A DNA stretch of 64,000 bases from NCBI RefSeq assembly GCF_006345805.1, contig NC_043000.1:18104001-18168000 (forward strand), read 5' to 3'. Position numbers and translations under genes: made by a program. Source of the stretch: Octopus sinensis. Taxonomy: Eukaryota. Of the stretch, positions 25,501 to 39,000 are shown one piece after another; within the stretch, counting starts at the first letter, position 1; each line of letters starts with the position of its first letter. The notes below the pieces were generated by a model. It saw only the letters and a list, made by a program, of their open reading frames with translations, searched no databases and was not told where the DNA came from.

Positions 25501-28500
25501 AGGTTTTAGATGACTTTCATTCGTTGACTTAAATTTAATGTAAACAATTCTTCATTTGTGCCATTTTCAGTTTTTTCTGTTATATATATATATATAAGAT
25601 GAGGTGGCACGTAAAAAACACCCACTACACTCGCGGAGTGGTTGGCGTTAGGAAGGGCATCCAGCCGTAGAAACACTGCCAGATCTGACTGGGCCTGACG
25701 AAGCCTTCCAGCTTCACAGACCCCAGTTGACCCGTCCAACCCATGCTAGCATGGAAAGCGGACGCTAAACGATGATGATGATGATGATGATGATGATGAG
25801 GTACAAGCATGGCTGTGTGGTTAAGCAGTTCACTTCCTGACTACATAGTTTCAAGTTCAATCCCACTGTGTGACACTTAAGGCGAAGGCCTTCTACTACA
25901 GCCCCAAGCTGACCGAAGCCTTGTGTGTGGATTTGTAGAAAAAAGAAACTGAAAGAAGCCTGTTGTAAATTTGTATACATTTGTGCTTCTCTGGATATTC
26001 TAAGCCACAAGCAGCAATACCATTTCTCCACTCAACAAATATCATTCACTGGCTTTGTGCCTTTGAAGATGTGTGAAATAGATTCTTTACTCTTTTACTT
26101 GTTTCAGTCATTTGATTGTGGCCATGCTGGAGCACTGCCTTTAGTCGAGCAAATGGACCCCAGGACTTATTCTTTGTAAGCCTAGTACTTATTCTATCGG
26201 TCTCTTTTGCCGAACCGGTAAGTTACAGGGACGTAAATACACCAGCATCGGTTGTCAAGCGATGTTGGTGGGGACAAACACAGACACACAAACATACACA
26301 CACACATCATCATCATCATCATTTAGCGTCCGTTTTCCATGCTAGCATGGGTTGGACGGTTCAACTGGGGTCTGGGAAGCCAGAAGACTGCACCAGGCCC
26401 AGTCTGATCTGGCAATGTTTCTACGGCTGGATGCCCTTCCTAACGCCAACCACTCCGTGAGTGTAGTGGCACATATATATATACATATATACGACGGGCT
26501 TCTTTCAGTTTCCATCTACCAAATCCACTCACAAGGCTTTGGTCGGCCCGAGGCTATAGTAGAAGACACTTGTCCAAGGTGCCACGCAGTGGGACTGAAC
26601 CCGGAACCATGTGGTTGGTAAGCAAGCTACTTACCACACAGCTACTCCAATGCCTCTTGAAAAACAGGCAAGGATTAGCAACTGGAAGGGTATTCATTAT
26701 AAAACAATGCCTCAATAATACATTTGTCGAAATCATGCTAGCATGGAAAAACAGAAGTAAAACAAATAATAACCAGAGAAGAAGGGACAGGACTCATGAC
26801 TTCTGAAGACTAACCCAAATATTGACCCAGCTGATACCTAGTGGGAACAAAGGTAGAACAATGTGGATGGGGAGGGAAACAGGAGTCTATTAAATAATTT
26901 GAATAAAGTGAACTTTGCTGAAGACAACCCAGTACCATCTAATAATATAAAATATTATGTTAACCCATTAGCATTTAATCCGGCCATATCCAGCCCAAAT
27001 AATCCATCTGTTTTATGTTAAAACTGTCTGGATCCAACCTCTCACACCTACCCTACAATGTCATTTTAAAAATATATAGCCACACCATTTAAATTTTGAA
27101 GCTGCAAAATAATATGTGATTAATTCAAAAACAGTATGGATAAATAAGCAATAAATTTCACAAAGAAATCTGAATGCTAAAGGGTTAAACCTGCTACCCT
27201 TGTGAGCTCTATCAATACACTTTGCATTCTTGTCGTATTTTATTTGTGTTTAGGACCTTTGTTGTGAAATCCTCAATATCATCATTATTTTATGTCAGTT
27301 TTCCAAGCTGGTATTGTTTAAATATTTTAACACTATTCAAAGAGTTCAAGAACCACATCTTGCTCCAATGTCTCATTTTTAGCATGGTCTAATTGTACTG
27401 GATGTTTTTTATGGCACCAGCACTGACGGGATAACTTAATAGCTTGCAAAACGAAAGAGAACTAACTCCATGACAAACGGAACAGTCTTCAGAGTTGTGA
27501 AAGGATGTTAGACGAGAGGAATAGCAAAAAACAGTGTTGGGGTGGGAATAATGGGTGAGATAAGGGAAAAGGGAAGGAAAGAGCAAGGTTTATAGTTGAA
27601 AGAGTGTGATGCAGGGGGGACTAAACAGAGACAATGTTAACCCTTTTGTTACTGTATTTATTTTGAGATGCTCTGTGTTTCTTTCATCATCACCGTTTAG
27701 CGTCCGTTTTCCATGCTAGCATGGGTTGGACGGTTCAACTGGGGTCTGTGAAGCCGGAAGGCCGCATCAGGCCCAGTCAGATCTGGCAGTGTTTCTACGG
27801 CTGGATGCCCTTCCTAATGCCAACCACTCCGTGAGTGTAGTGGGTGCTTTTTACGTGCCACCCGCACAGGTGCCAGACAGAGCTGGCAAACGGCCACCAA
27901 CGGATGGTGCTTTTATGTGCCACTGGCACGGGGGCCAGGCGAGGCTGGCAACGGACACAAATGGATGGTGCTTTTTATGTGTCACCGGCACGGGGCGGCG
28001 CTGGCAACGGTCACAAATGGCTGGTTCTCTTAAATTATTTTAAATATAACAAAGAATTTAGTAAAATAACTTAGTTATCATTCAGCAAGTATTATGAACA
28101 TAAATTGTGACTAGGGTTTGGTGGTATATTTTAATGCAAAATTTATGAAAATAAGACATTTGTATTACAGAGCCGGTTTGGTAACGAAAGGGTTAAAGAA
28201 GGGGTTAATAAGAGAGAAAGAGAGTGACAGGGCAGGAGGGAAGATCGAGTAGGAGGATCTGTAATGTTATTTCAAATTATAAATGGATGGGTAACATGTT
28301 GCTTGAAAGAAAGATAAGAAAGGCAGGAAATGGAAAAGTAGTGTTAAGAGAGTAAGAGTAAGAGAGTGATAAAGGCAATGAAGAGGAAGTGCAGTGCTTA
28401 CTTCACATTATATATATGTGGGTACATTGGTGCATGCAGGAGAGATAAGATGATGATAAGGAAATAAAAAATAAATATATTTTATTCCTTTACCAGTGTT

Positions 28501-30496
28501 TATTTCTGTTTTCTAAATTAAATTAAATGAGATTTCACTAACTAAAAGTTAACTTGTTTTACTGTTTTCTCCATAGAAGAAGGTTACTGAAAATAACAAA
28601 CTGGAACAAACTGCCGGCATCAGTTGTTAGTTGTCGGAGCACTGCATCCTTCAAAACTTCCGTGCTTCCTGAGATTCGCCAACACTACACTGATTTCCTC
28701 CCCTCCATACACCACGCAAGCATGCATCTGACATACATCACTTCCAGACATTTATACATACATATACTTATATGCACTTTCGACAAGTTGTGGTGCACCT
28801 GAGCACTGTATACAATAATTTCATTATTATTATTATTATTATTATACTACACATACTATATATCTGCCGGCATCATGTTAGTTGTCGGAGCCTGCATCCT
28901 TCAAAACTTCCGTGCTTCCTGGATTCGCCAACACTACACTGATTTCCTCCCCTCCATACACCACGCAGCATGTATCTGACTCATACACTGTTCACTTTCC
29001 AGCATTTATACATTACTGCATATATTTTTGCACTTTCGACAAGTTGTGGTGCACCTGAGCACGTATACAATAATTTCATTATTATTATATATTAATACTA
29101 CACATACATAATCTGCCGGCATCAGTTGTTAGTTGTCGGAGCACTGCATCCTTCAAAACTTCCGTGCTTCCTGAGATTCGCAACACTACACTTGATTTTC
29201 TCCCCTCCATACACACACAAGCATGTATCTAATCATACACTGTTCACTTTCCAGACATTTATACATTACTGCATATACTTATATGCACTTTCGACAAGTG
29301 TGGGTGCACCTGAGCACTGTATACAAAATTTCATTATTATTCTTATTATTATATACTACCATACTATATATCTGCCGGCATCAGTTGTTAGTTGTCGGAG
29401 CACTGCATCCTTCAAAACTTCCATGCTTTCAGAGATTCGCCAACACTACACTTGATTTTCTCCCCTCCATACACACACAAGCATGTATCTGACTCGTACA
29501 CTGTTCACTTTCCAGACATTTGTACATTACTGCATATGCTTTATACGCACTTTCTGACAAGTTGTGGTGCACCTGAGCACTGTATACAATAATTTCATTA
29601 TTATTATTAATAGGAAAGTCTCTTGAATTGAAGCAAGAGAGAGAAACTGTTTCTTTATTGCCCACGAGGGGCTAAACATAGAGGGGACAAACAAGGACAG
29701 ACAAACGGATTAAGTCGATTACATTGACCCCAGTGCGTAACTGGTACTTAATTCATCGACCCTGAAAGGATGAAAGGCAAAGTTGACCTCGGCGGAATTT
29801 GAACTCAGAACGTAACGGCAGACGAAATACCTATTTCTTTACTACCCACAAGGGGCTACACACAGAGGGGACAAACAAGGACAGACATAAGTATTAAGTC
29901 GATTATATCGACCTCAGTGCGTAACTGGTACTTTATCAACCCCGGAGGATGAAAGGCAAAGTCGACCTCGGCGGAATTTGAACTCAGAACGCAACGACAG
30001 ACGCAATACTGCTAAGCATTTCGCCCGGTGTGCTAACGATTCTGCCAGCTCGCCGCCTTATAAGAGAGAGAAACACCGAGAGACTGTACACACATCCTGA
30101 CTAGAGAGTAGTGGAAGATTGTATGTGAATGGATTATAGTGATGACATCCAGATGAGAAAGAAACGAGAGCATTGATTGCGGAGAGTACTTTACCTTACT
30201 GATGAAATTGGTAACTTTGTCTCTGTCAACATTGTTTCATAAAGAAGTTTGAAACGGAAAGCCAATGATTCCAAGATGGCTCTTACAACATGTGCTTTGG
30301 CTGTATTTGGTGTCATTCCTATCATAGTTGTTACTGCTGTGTCATCGTTGATTGGAGCCTGTCACAAAGACAATAATATATATATATATTATATTTCAGT
30401 ACACAAGAAACATACAAACACAATTTAATTGTCACACCCCGAACGTCACACACACACACTTATAGCTACACTAGTGTGTGTGTGTGTGTGTATTTA

Positions 30497-30562
<66 letters not shown>

Positions 30563-32801
30563 TACAAATTGAGATAGGGGTTGTAAATGCAACTCTCCAT
30601 GGGATAACGTATATCCAATATACTGCTAGTGAAGTACCCAACAAAGTTAATACATAAATGTTAAGGATTGCGATGCAATCAATTCATTTACTGTATTATA
30701 TGGGCAAAGGTAAAATGATTTACCACAAATTACTAATACAAGATAAGAAAATGGAGAAATACATCTATATCAAATATCAATTACCAGATAATACTCAATC
30801 ACATACTTTATTAAACCACCACATAAGAGACTGTAGGGTTAAATATAAAAAGCAGAACAAATCAGTGTACATAAAGGAATGTACATAAAAAAGTGTGCAT
30901 AAAAGAGTAACGTTGTATAATAAGTAGAATATATATAAAAGAGAATATAAATATAAGTAAATATAAATATAAGTATAGATTACATCTTACAGCTGTTTCG
31001 GCCATGTAGATAAGTATGTCTCATTTTACCACATATGTGGTGGTTTAATAAAGTATGTGATTGAGTATTATCTGGTAATTGATATTTGATTTAGATGTAT
31101 TTCTCCATTTTCTTATCTTGTATATATATATATATATACACACACACATATATGTATATATCTGAGTGTGTCTTTGTGTCTGTCTCCCCCACCATTGCTT
31201 GATAACTGGTGTTGGTGTGTTTATGTCCCTGTAAATTAGCAGTTCGGCAAAAGAAGCTGATGGAATAAGTACTAAGCTTCATAAATAAGCTCTGGGGTCA
31301 ATTTGTTTGACTAAAACAACTTCAAGTTGGTGCTCCAGCATGGCTGCAGTCAAATGACTGAAAGAAGTAAAAAAAATAAAACAATACATTGGTACTTGGT
31401 TACGGACACAATTTATTTGCAACACTTGAGGCACAAACTCTGGATGAAGGAGTTGGAGTTTAGTTCTGATCCATCTGAGTACTACTCCGTGATATCTACA
31501 CAATGCTCACTTTGCATTCCCCTACACACAGATATATATATATATATTCCTCACACCTCCCTTTCTCTGCATGTGCGTTGTATGTATATGACAGCTGTAG
31601 TAATGTTACCATCCCTTTGCCACTGCTGTTCTCACCTTCACTAATATAAGTCACCCTCTTGCTGTTACAACCTTTCCTCAGACTAATACTTTTTGCAACC
31701 ATCTCATTTTATTATGTAATTCACTCAATGTCCCCGGGGGTCACATAGATTTTTATTGAAATCCAATTAGCCTATTATCGAACTGGATGTTAGTGTAACA
31801 TGTATGCAAAGTTTCATGAAAATTGGTTTGCTGGTTTAGGCACCAAGAAAGTAACAGATAGACACACAGAAATTGCCATTTATATATAAATATGCATACA
31901 GACATACACATATACATATATATACAAGGACTAATGTCCAAAACATTAAGACAGGATATGAATACAGAAAGTGAAAGAAATTAACTAGTGTTCTACCATT
32001 ACCTTATGACACTCTTTTTCCATCCAATACTAATAATAGGGTAAATTCAATTGACTATACACACCCTTCGTATATAAATTGAAACCTGTGTTTACTAAAA
32101 CAAAAATTCTTATAGCACCACTCATTTGGTAAAACCCAGTTATATAAAAGGCAGTAAAATACTTTGTCATAGCATCTATTCACCTGTATGTCATTAAATA
32201 CTGTGTCATTTTATACACCCATTTGTATGTCATTTAGTTATACATTAGAATACTGATTCACCTGTATGTTACTAATATGTTATCATTGTAACACGATAGC
32301 AGCTATAAGTAATTAATAAGTAACATAATTCACTCACCTGTAATCCACTGAATGCAGCCACAAAATAAACCCCGCCGTTATCTGGAAAAAAAAGAAAAAT
32401 CATATTATATATATATGTATATATAAAAGTAATTTTATAGCCGGAACCAACTTCAAATCAATCAACACTGAAAAGTTTTATACCCACCACTCCATAAAAT
32501 GTTAAAAATTAAATCTTATACTAACTATATCTATTTTGAATCCTGTATTTTCCATTTATAAGACTACACGTGTTGTATGAAAGTACGTCGGTATTCAGAA
32601 TAGATATAGTTAGTATAAGATTTAATTTTTAACATTTTATGGAGTGGTCGGGTATAAAACCTTTCAGTGTTGATTGAGTTGAAGGTGGTTCTGTCTCTAA
32701 AATTATTTTTATATATACGAATTAAACATTGAGAGATGTTCATTTTAGTACATCTAATTTGAATGTCTTTTTCCTGTGTACTTGGAAGTAATATTCCCTA
32801 A

Positions 32802-32864
<63 letters not shown>

Positions 32865-33019
32865 ATAAGTCCTGGGGTTGATTTGCTCGGCTAAAGGTGG
32901 TGCTCCAGTATGGCCATAGTCACATGACTGAAACAAGTAAAAGAGTAAATCATGTACATAGTTGTTTGGCAAGAAAATGCAGAGTCCTAATCCACTACCC
33001 ATTGACAGGAGAGTCCATA

Positions 33020-33056
<37 letters not shown>

Positions 33057-36000
33057 TAAGATACAAAGGAGCATATCTTAGTGATGGTGGTGGTTGTGTC
33101 ATATTGTATATCAGTGGTTCTCAACCATTTCTAGTGTATGGAACCTCTTGATTCCAAGTATACTCTGTTGGACCCCAATAGCAATTCAATGTTTAAAAAA
33201 ATCCTATAACATTTTTATATTCAAATATTCAAATATTCTTAGGAACTGTATAAAAAAAAACTGTTAAAATATTTTGTGTACTGAAGAAGTATAACCAATT
33301 TAATGCACATAATTTTTAACAACAAAATCTTATAATGGACTTCCAAGAGCCATTTGGACCCTGGTTGAGAACCACTGTTGTATATGAGGGGAATGAAGTG
33401 ATGATGGTGGTTGTGGTACTTCACAAAAATGTAGAATAGAGATAACAAGACCACCAACTAAATCTATTGTTCTCAATGATATATCTATCCTTCTGGATAG
33501 TTGTAAAAGCAAGAACACCCCAAGCAAAAATCAGTTGGTGACGACGCAACCAGTTAGTCACTTAGGTGATGACTCAATGAGTTAGCCACTATGGTGACAA
33601 CTCAGTGAGAACGAAGTCTGGCTGATCAGCTAGAACCTTAATGCTTCAGTTGTTACTCACCAGGAACTGATTCTGCAATGTCTGCTAGCTTGGATTCTTC
33701 TTCAAATATACCTGCAAAGAAAACAAATGATTAGGGAAAAGGTTAATTATTTTTTTGATACTACATTTTCTTTTCATTCACATTCCTCTACCCAACACTT
33801 TCTTCTTACTCCTTACTTCATATTCCACCCTCATCCATATTTGTCTTCCTCCACAAGGGACAATGCAATTCAGTAGATTTTAAAAATCATATGGCTTCTC
33901 TTTGTGTCCATTTACACAGGCAAATATTTATAGAGAGACCCCCTTCGGTCATGAATGACCATAGGATTGCACCTAGAAAGTAACCTTCTGAGGCACAAAT
34001 CCAGGTAAGGTTGTTTATGGAAGACCAGCAATCGCTCATGCGTACCAGCCTCCCTTTTCCACACCACCAATGTTATCCAAAAGAAAGGCAAAGGCTGATA
34101 CAACTTGGCATCAGTGATGTTGCAATTCTTTTCTACAGATGAGTGAACTGGAGCAATGTGAAATGAAGTGTCTTGTTCAAGAACGCATCACACAGCCTGG
34201 TCCAGGAACTGAACTCGTACATCATGATTGTGAGCTCAATGCTCTAACCACTGAGCCATGCACCTTCACATGAGTATACTCTTTTACTTGTTTCAGTCAT
34301 TTGACTGCGGCCATGCTGGAGCACCGCCTTTAATCGAGCAACTCGACCCCGGGACTTATTCTTTTATAAGCCCAGTACTTATTCTATCGGTCTCTTTTGC
34401 CGAACCGCTAAGTAACGGGGACATAAACACACCAGCATCGGTTGTCAAGCAATGCTAGGGGGACAAACACAGACACACAAACACATACATATATATATAC
34501 ATATATACAATGGGCTTCTTTCAGTTTCCGTCTACCAAATCCACTCACAAGGCTTTGGTCGGCCCGAGGCTATAGTAGAAGACTTGCCCAAGGTGCCACG
34601 CAGTGGGACTGAACCCGGAACCATGTGGTTGGTAAACAAGCTACTTACCACACAGCCTTTTTTTTTTTTTCCATATCCACTTTTCCATGCCAGCATGGGT
34701 TGGATGAATATGTTATTGAGGCATTGTTTTACAGTTGGATGCCTTACCTATCACTAAACTTACTTTCCTGTTACTCTTCTTAGGGAGAAGGGAGCAGACG
34801 ATTTGTTGATAGGAGAATTGCAAACAGCAACACCGGCTGTATGTCACAGCTTCCATGCAATCACAAATGTAAACAAACACATGTGCATGCATGCACGCAT
34901 GCACACACACACGTCTTGCCTACTGAATGTGCTCACAAGGCTCTGGTTGGTCTGGGACCATAGCAGAAAGACGGATATATGAATGTATGTGTGTGTGATA
35001 TATACATTTAACAATTAAAATTCATTTAATGGTTAAGATTTTAAATATAAATCATCATCATCATCATCATCGTTTAACGTCCGTTTTCCATGCTAGCATG
35101 GGTTGGACAGTTCAACCGGGGTCTGGGAAGCCAGGAGGCTGCACCAGGAGGCTGCATAAGGGCGGCTAGCTGGCAGAATCGTTAGCACGCCGGGCGAAAT
35201 GCGTAGCCGTATTTCGTCTGCTGTTACATTCTGAGTTCAAATTCCGCCGAGGTTGACTTTGCCTTTCATCCTTTCGGGGTCGATAAATTAAGTACCAGTT
35301 ACGCACTGGGGGGGGCGATGTAATCGATTTATCCGTTTGTCTGTCCTTGTTTGTCCCCTCTATGTTTAGCCCCTTGTGGGTAGTAAAGAAATAAGGAGGC
35401 TGCACCAGGCTCCAGTCTGATCTGGCAGTGTTTCTACAGCTTGATGCCCTTTAAATATAAATTAAATATAAGCTATTTCTAAGTATCAATCTTAATCAGA
35501 AAAACAACCCCCAAATAACAAAAACAGAATAGGCACTCATGATTAGTGCTCATAACTGTTTTGTATAATCTACATTTCATAAACAGCAGATGTACAATAG
35601 TCAAAAGTAGGGGTACACATGAAATAAATTCTTTCAAATACTCAGAGGGTTTCCTATAAGTAATTGCTGGTTTCTATTAATTAGGTGACCTAATTAGCTG
35701 TAGAGGAGTGTGTTTCAAAAGCATAGTAACAAGAGTAAGCACAGGGTGGAAAAAGTTCAGAGAGCTATTTACTGCTGCTGGAAACAAAGGATTTCTCTCT
35801 CTCTCTCTGTTTCTGTGCGAACTGTAGATTCTATGACACTTGTGTTTGAAGTGTAATGTTAAATGGTCACAAAAAACAGGAGCATTGAATGCTGAGGATG
35901 TGTGAAAACTAGAAAGAAACGAGGGGAGCATGCTCCACTGAGAGTGTCATGTTGGTGTGCATGAACAATGAAGTAGAGAGAAGCTGAGAGAAAAACTAGG

Positions 36001-39000
36001 TATGAGGAATCAGATGTAGTATGCAAGAGAGAAGATTGAGCTGATACAGATTTGTAATGTGTATGTGTATGGAGAATGTCAGTTGGGTAAAGAAGGCCCA
36101 AATGATCTCAGAGGAAGAGAAGCCCAAGGAAAATAGAAGATATAGGGAAATTGACATCAGTAGGTGGAATATCTATTTCTTTACTACCCACAAGGGGCTA
36201 AACACAGAGGGGACAAACAAGGACAGACAAAGGGATTTTAAGTTGATTACATCGACCCCAGTGCTTAACTGGTACTTAATTTATCGACCCCGAAAGGATG
36301 AAAGGCAAAGTCGACCTTGGCGGAATTTGAACTCAGAACGTAACGGCAAACGAAATACAGCTACACATTTTGCCCGGCGTGCTAACGGTTCTGCCAGCTC
36401 GATGGTAACTGACTGCAACAAGTGGCAAGATACTGTGCTGGAGGGGGCCTATCCAACCCATGCAAACCTGGAAAAACAAATTGATGATGATGATTGTATA
36501 TGAAGAAACAAGTGGTATGTTATGAAGAAAAGAATGATGGGATATGAAGAAAGGAATAATGGGATTGGTATGAACGAAGGAAAGAGGAGATAAAATGAAA
36601 GGATATAAAGAAAAGAATGATGGGATGGAAGCACTCCGTCGGTTACGACGATGAGGGTTCCGGTTGATCCGAATCAATGGAACAGCCTGCTCGTGAAATT
36701 AACGTGTAAGTGGCTGAGCACGCCACAGACATGTGCACCCTTAACGTAGTTCTCGGGGATATTCAGCATGACACAGAGAGTGACAAGGCCGGCCCTTTGA
36801 AATACAGGTACAACAGAAACAGGAAGTAAGAGTGAGAGAAAGTTGTGGTGAAAGAGTACAGCAGGGATCACCACCATCCCCTGCCGGAGCCTCGTGGAGC
36901 TTTAGGTGTTTTCGCTCAATAAACACTCACAACGCCCGGTCTGGGAATCGAAACCGCGATCCTATGACCGCGAGTCCGCTGCCCTAACCACTGGGCCATT
37001 GCGTCTCCGCCAATGATGGGATAGATAACAAGGAATGACATGGTAGATGATAAAAAGTGTAAAGCTGGATTAAAACGAGAAATAAATGATGGCAAGTAAA
37101 AAAAAAATTAAAAGATGATGAGATTCCTTCCCAAGTCTTCAACTGCTGAAGGAGTAGTACAGATGCTCTTGTGGCATTTTCTGCATTTTAATCCGGGCGG
37201 GGGGGGGGGGAGAAGGAGAGGAAATGACCCTATCACTGGACTATTAATTTATGATGAGATAACAAAAGAATTTTTGAATAAAAATGGAGGAACAAGACAG
37301 AGTAATACTGGAATGTTGCCTTGTCTTGATCCAGACATTCCAGCTGTGACCATCTCATTTTTCTTTTTATTCAGGCAGTGTACATAGAACAATGTTATTT
37401 TTTTTTTAAGACAGTAGGGTATCATTTGAGAAATTTGGTTGCTAATTCTTGTAGGTCAAGCAGAATATAAAGAAATACTGGAATAAGAAACAAGCAATAC
37501 TGGGATATGCAGATAAGAGGAAGGAAAAGGGTGAAAAGATAAGAAGAAAAGGTTGAGATGTTGAACGGATAGAAAGAGATAATGAAAAGGCAGAGATTGG
37601 GAGAAAGACAATAAAGAAAGTATGAGAAAAATAGAGTGAAGTATAGAAGAAAATAAGAAATAAGAAGAGAGTGACAAAGAGAAATTAAGAGAGAGAGGTA
37701 CAATGTCTCAGAGACGAGAGAGAGAGGAGAAAGAGGGAGAGAGGTAAAATGTCTCAGTAGTATGAAAGAAAGGGAGAGAGAATCCCTCCGTGATGTGTAA
37801 TAACAGAGTGAGAAAGTCTGCAAACTCTGTAAATCTAGACTGAATTATCCTACCATTTCAGTTGATGAATTTCAGGCCAAGGAGGATTAAATGACATCTC
37901 AGATAGTAGGGCAGTGTTGGGAGGTGGTGGTGGTTGCAGATTTGAGGTTGGGAAGAGGTGCAGCTGTTTTGCAATGGTTGCAGCACCGAATGACAAGTTA
38001 TACAACGAGACACATGGCTTCCCAACCTTGCATATTTAACCCCCCCCCATCTCTCTCTCACACGACACATACATCTGTAATACATGTATGCACATCACAC
38101 ATATATTGATATATGTATGTATATACACAAGAGAGAAATTGCAAATGTAAAATCCAGTGTTTGGAATGGAATGTACAGATGGCATAAATAGAAAGAGAGG
38201 GAGAGAGAAAAGAGGCTGAGAGAGAGGGAGAGAGAAAAGAGGCTGAGAGAGAGGGAGAGAGAAAAGAGGATGAGAGAGAGGAAGAGAGAAAAGAGGATGA
38301 GAGAGAGGGAGAGAGAAAAGAGGATGAGAGAGGGGGAGAGAGAAAAGAGGATGAGAGAGAGGGAAGGAGGGCGTGTGTGTGTGAGACAGAGAGAGAGAGA
38401 GAAACAAAGTGAAAGATAGTCAGAGAAAGAGAGAGCAAAAGTGAGAAAGAAATAGACAAATATTTCTCAAAGTGGATTTTGTGAAAAAATTTTTGGATTT
38501 TGCAATAATGCGTCTTTTAATAAAAGACATTGATAAAAATTTATTTTATAATAAAAAATAGCATTCACCATTTTCAAAATATCAAGTTACAACATTTTTT
38601 TTTTTTTATTTGTTTCTTATAAGTTCTCTCTTAAAGTAATTTTTGTTTTATTTAGTGTCTTCTTAAAGTTAGGATGGCATAACTGTCGTTGATGTATGGG
38701 TTCTGCAATGTTTGGAAAATTGCGTCAGGAATCCATTACAAAATTTGTTTGGGAAGCACAGAACAAGAAGACAACCAAGTGTACAGACAGTTAGACGAAG
38801 AGAAGGAAAGAAAAGCAGAGAGGTGGATAGAGAGAGAGAGAAAGAGAGAAACCAGGGACAGTTTGGGAAAGACAGACAAAGATATGAAGAGAAGAATGAA
38901 TGGGTGGAGAGATTGATGGGTTGGTGGACACTCAGAGAAGTGGACAACTAAGAGACAAACATGCGGATAACCAGGCAGATAAACACAGTGTTGTCTCTGA

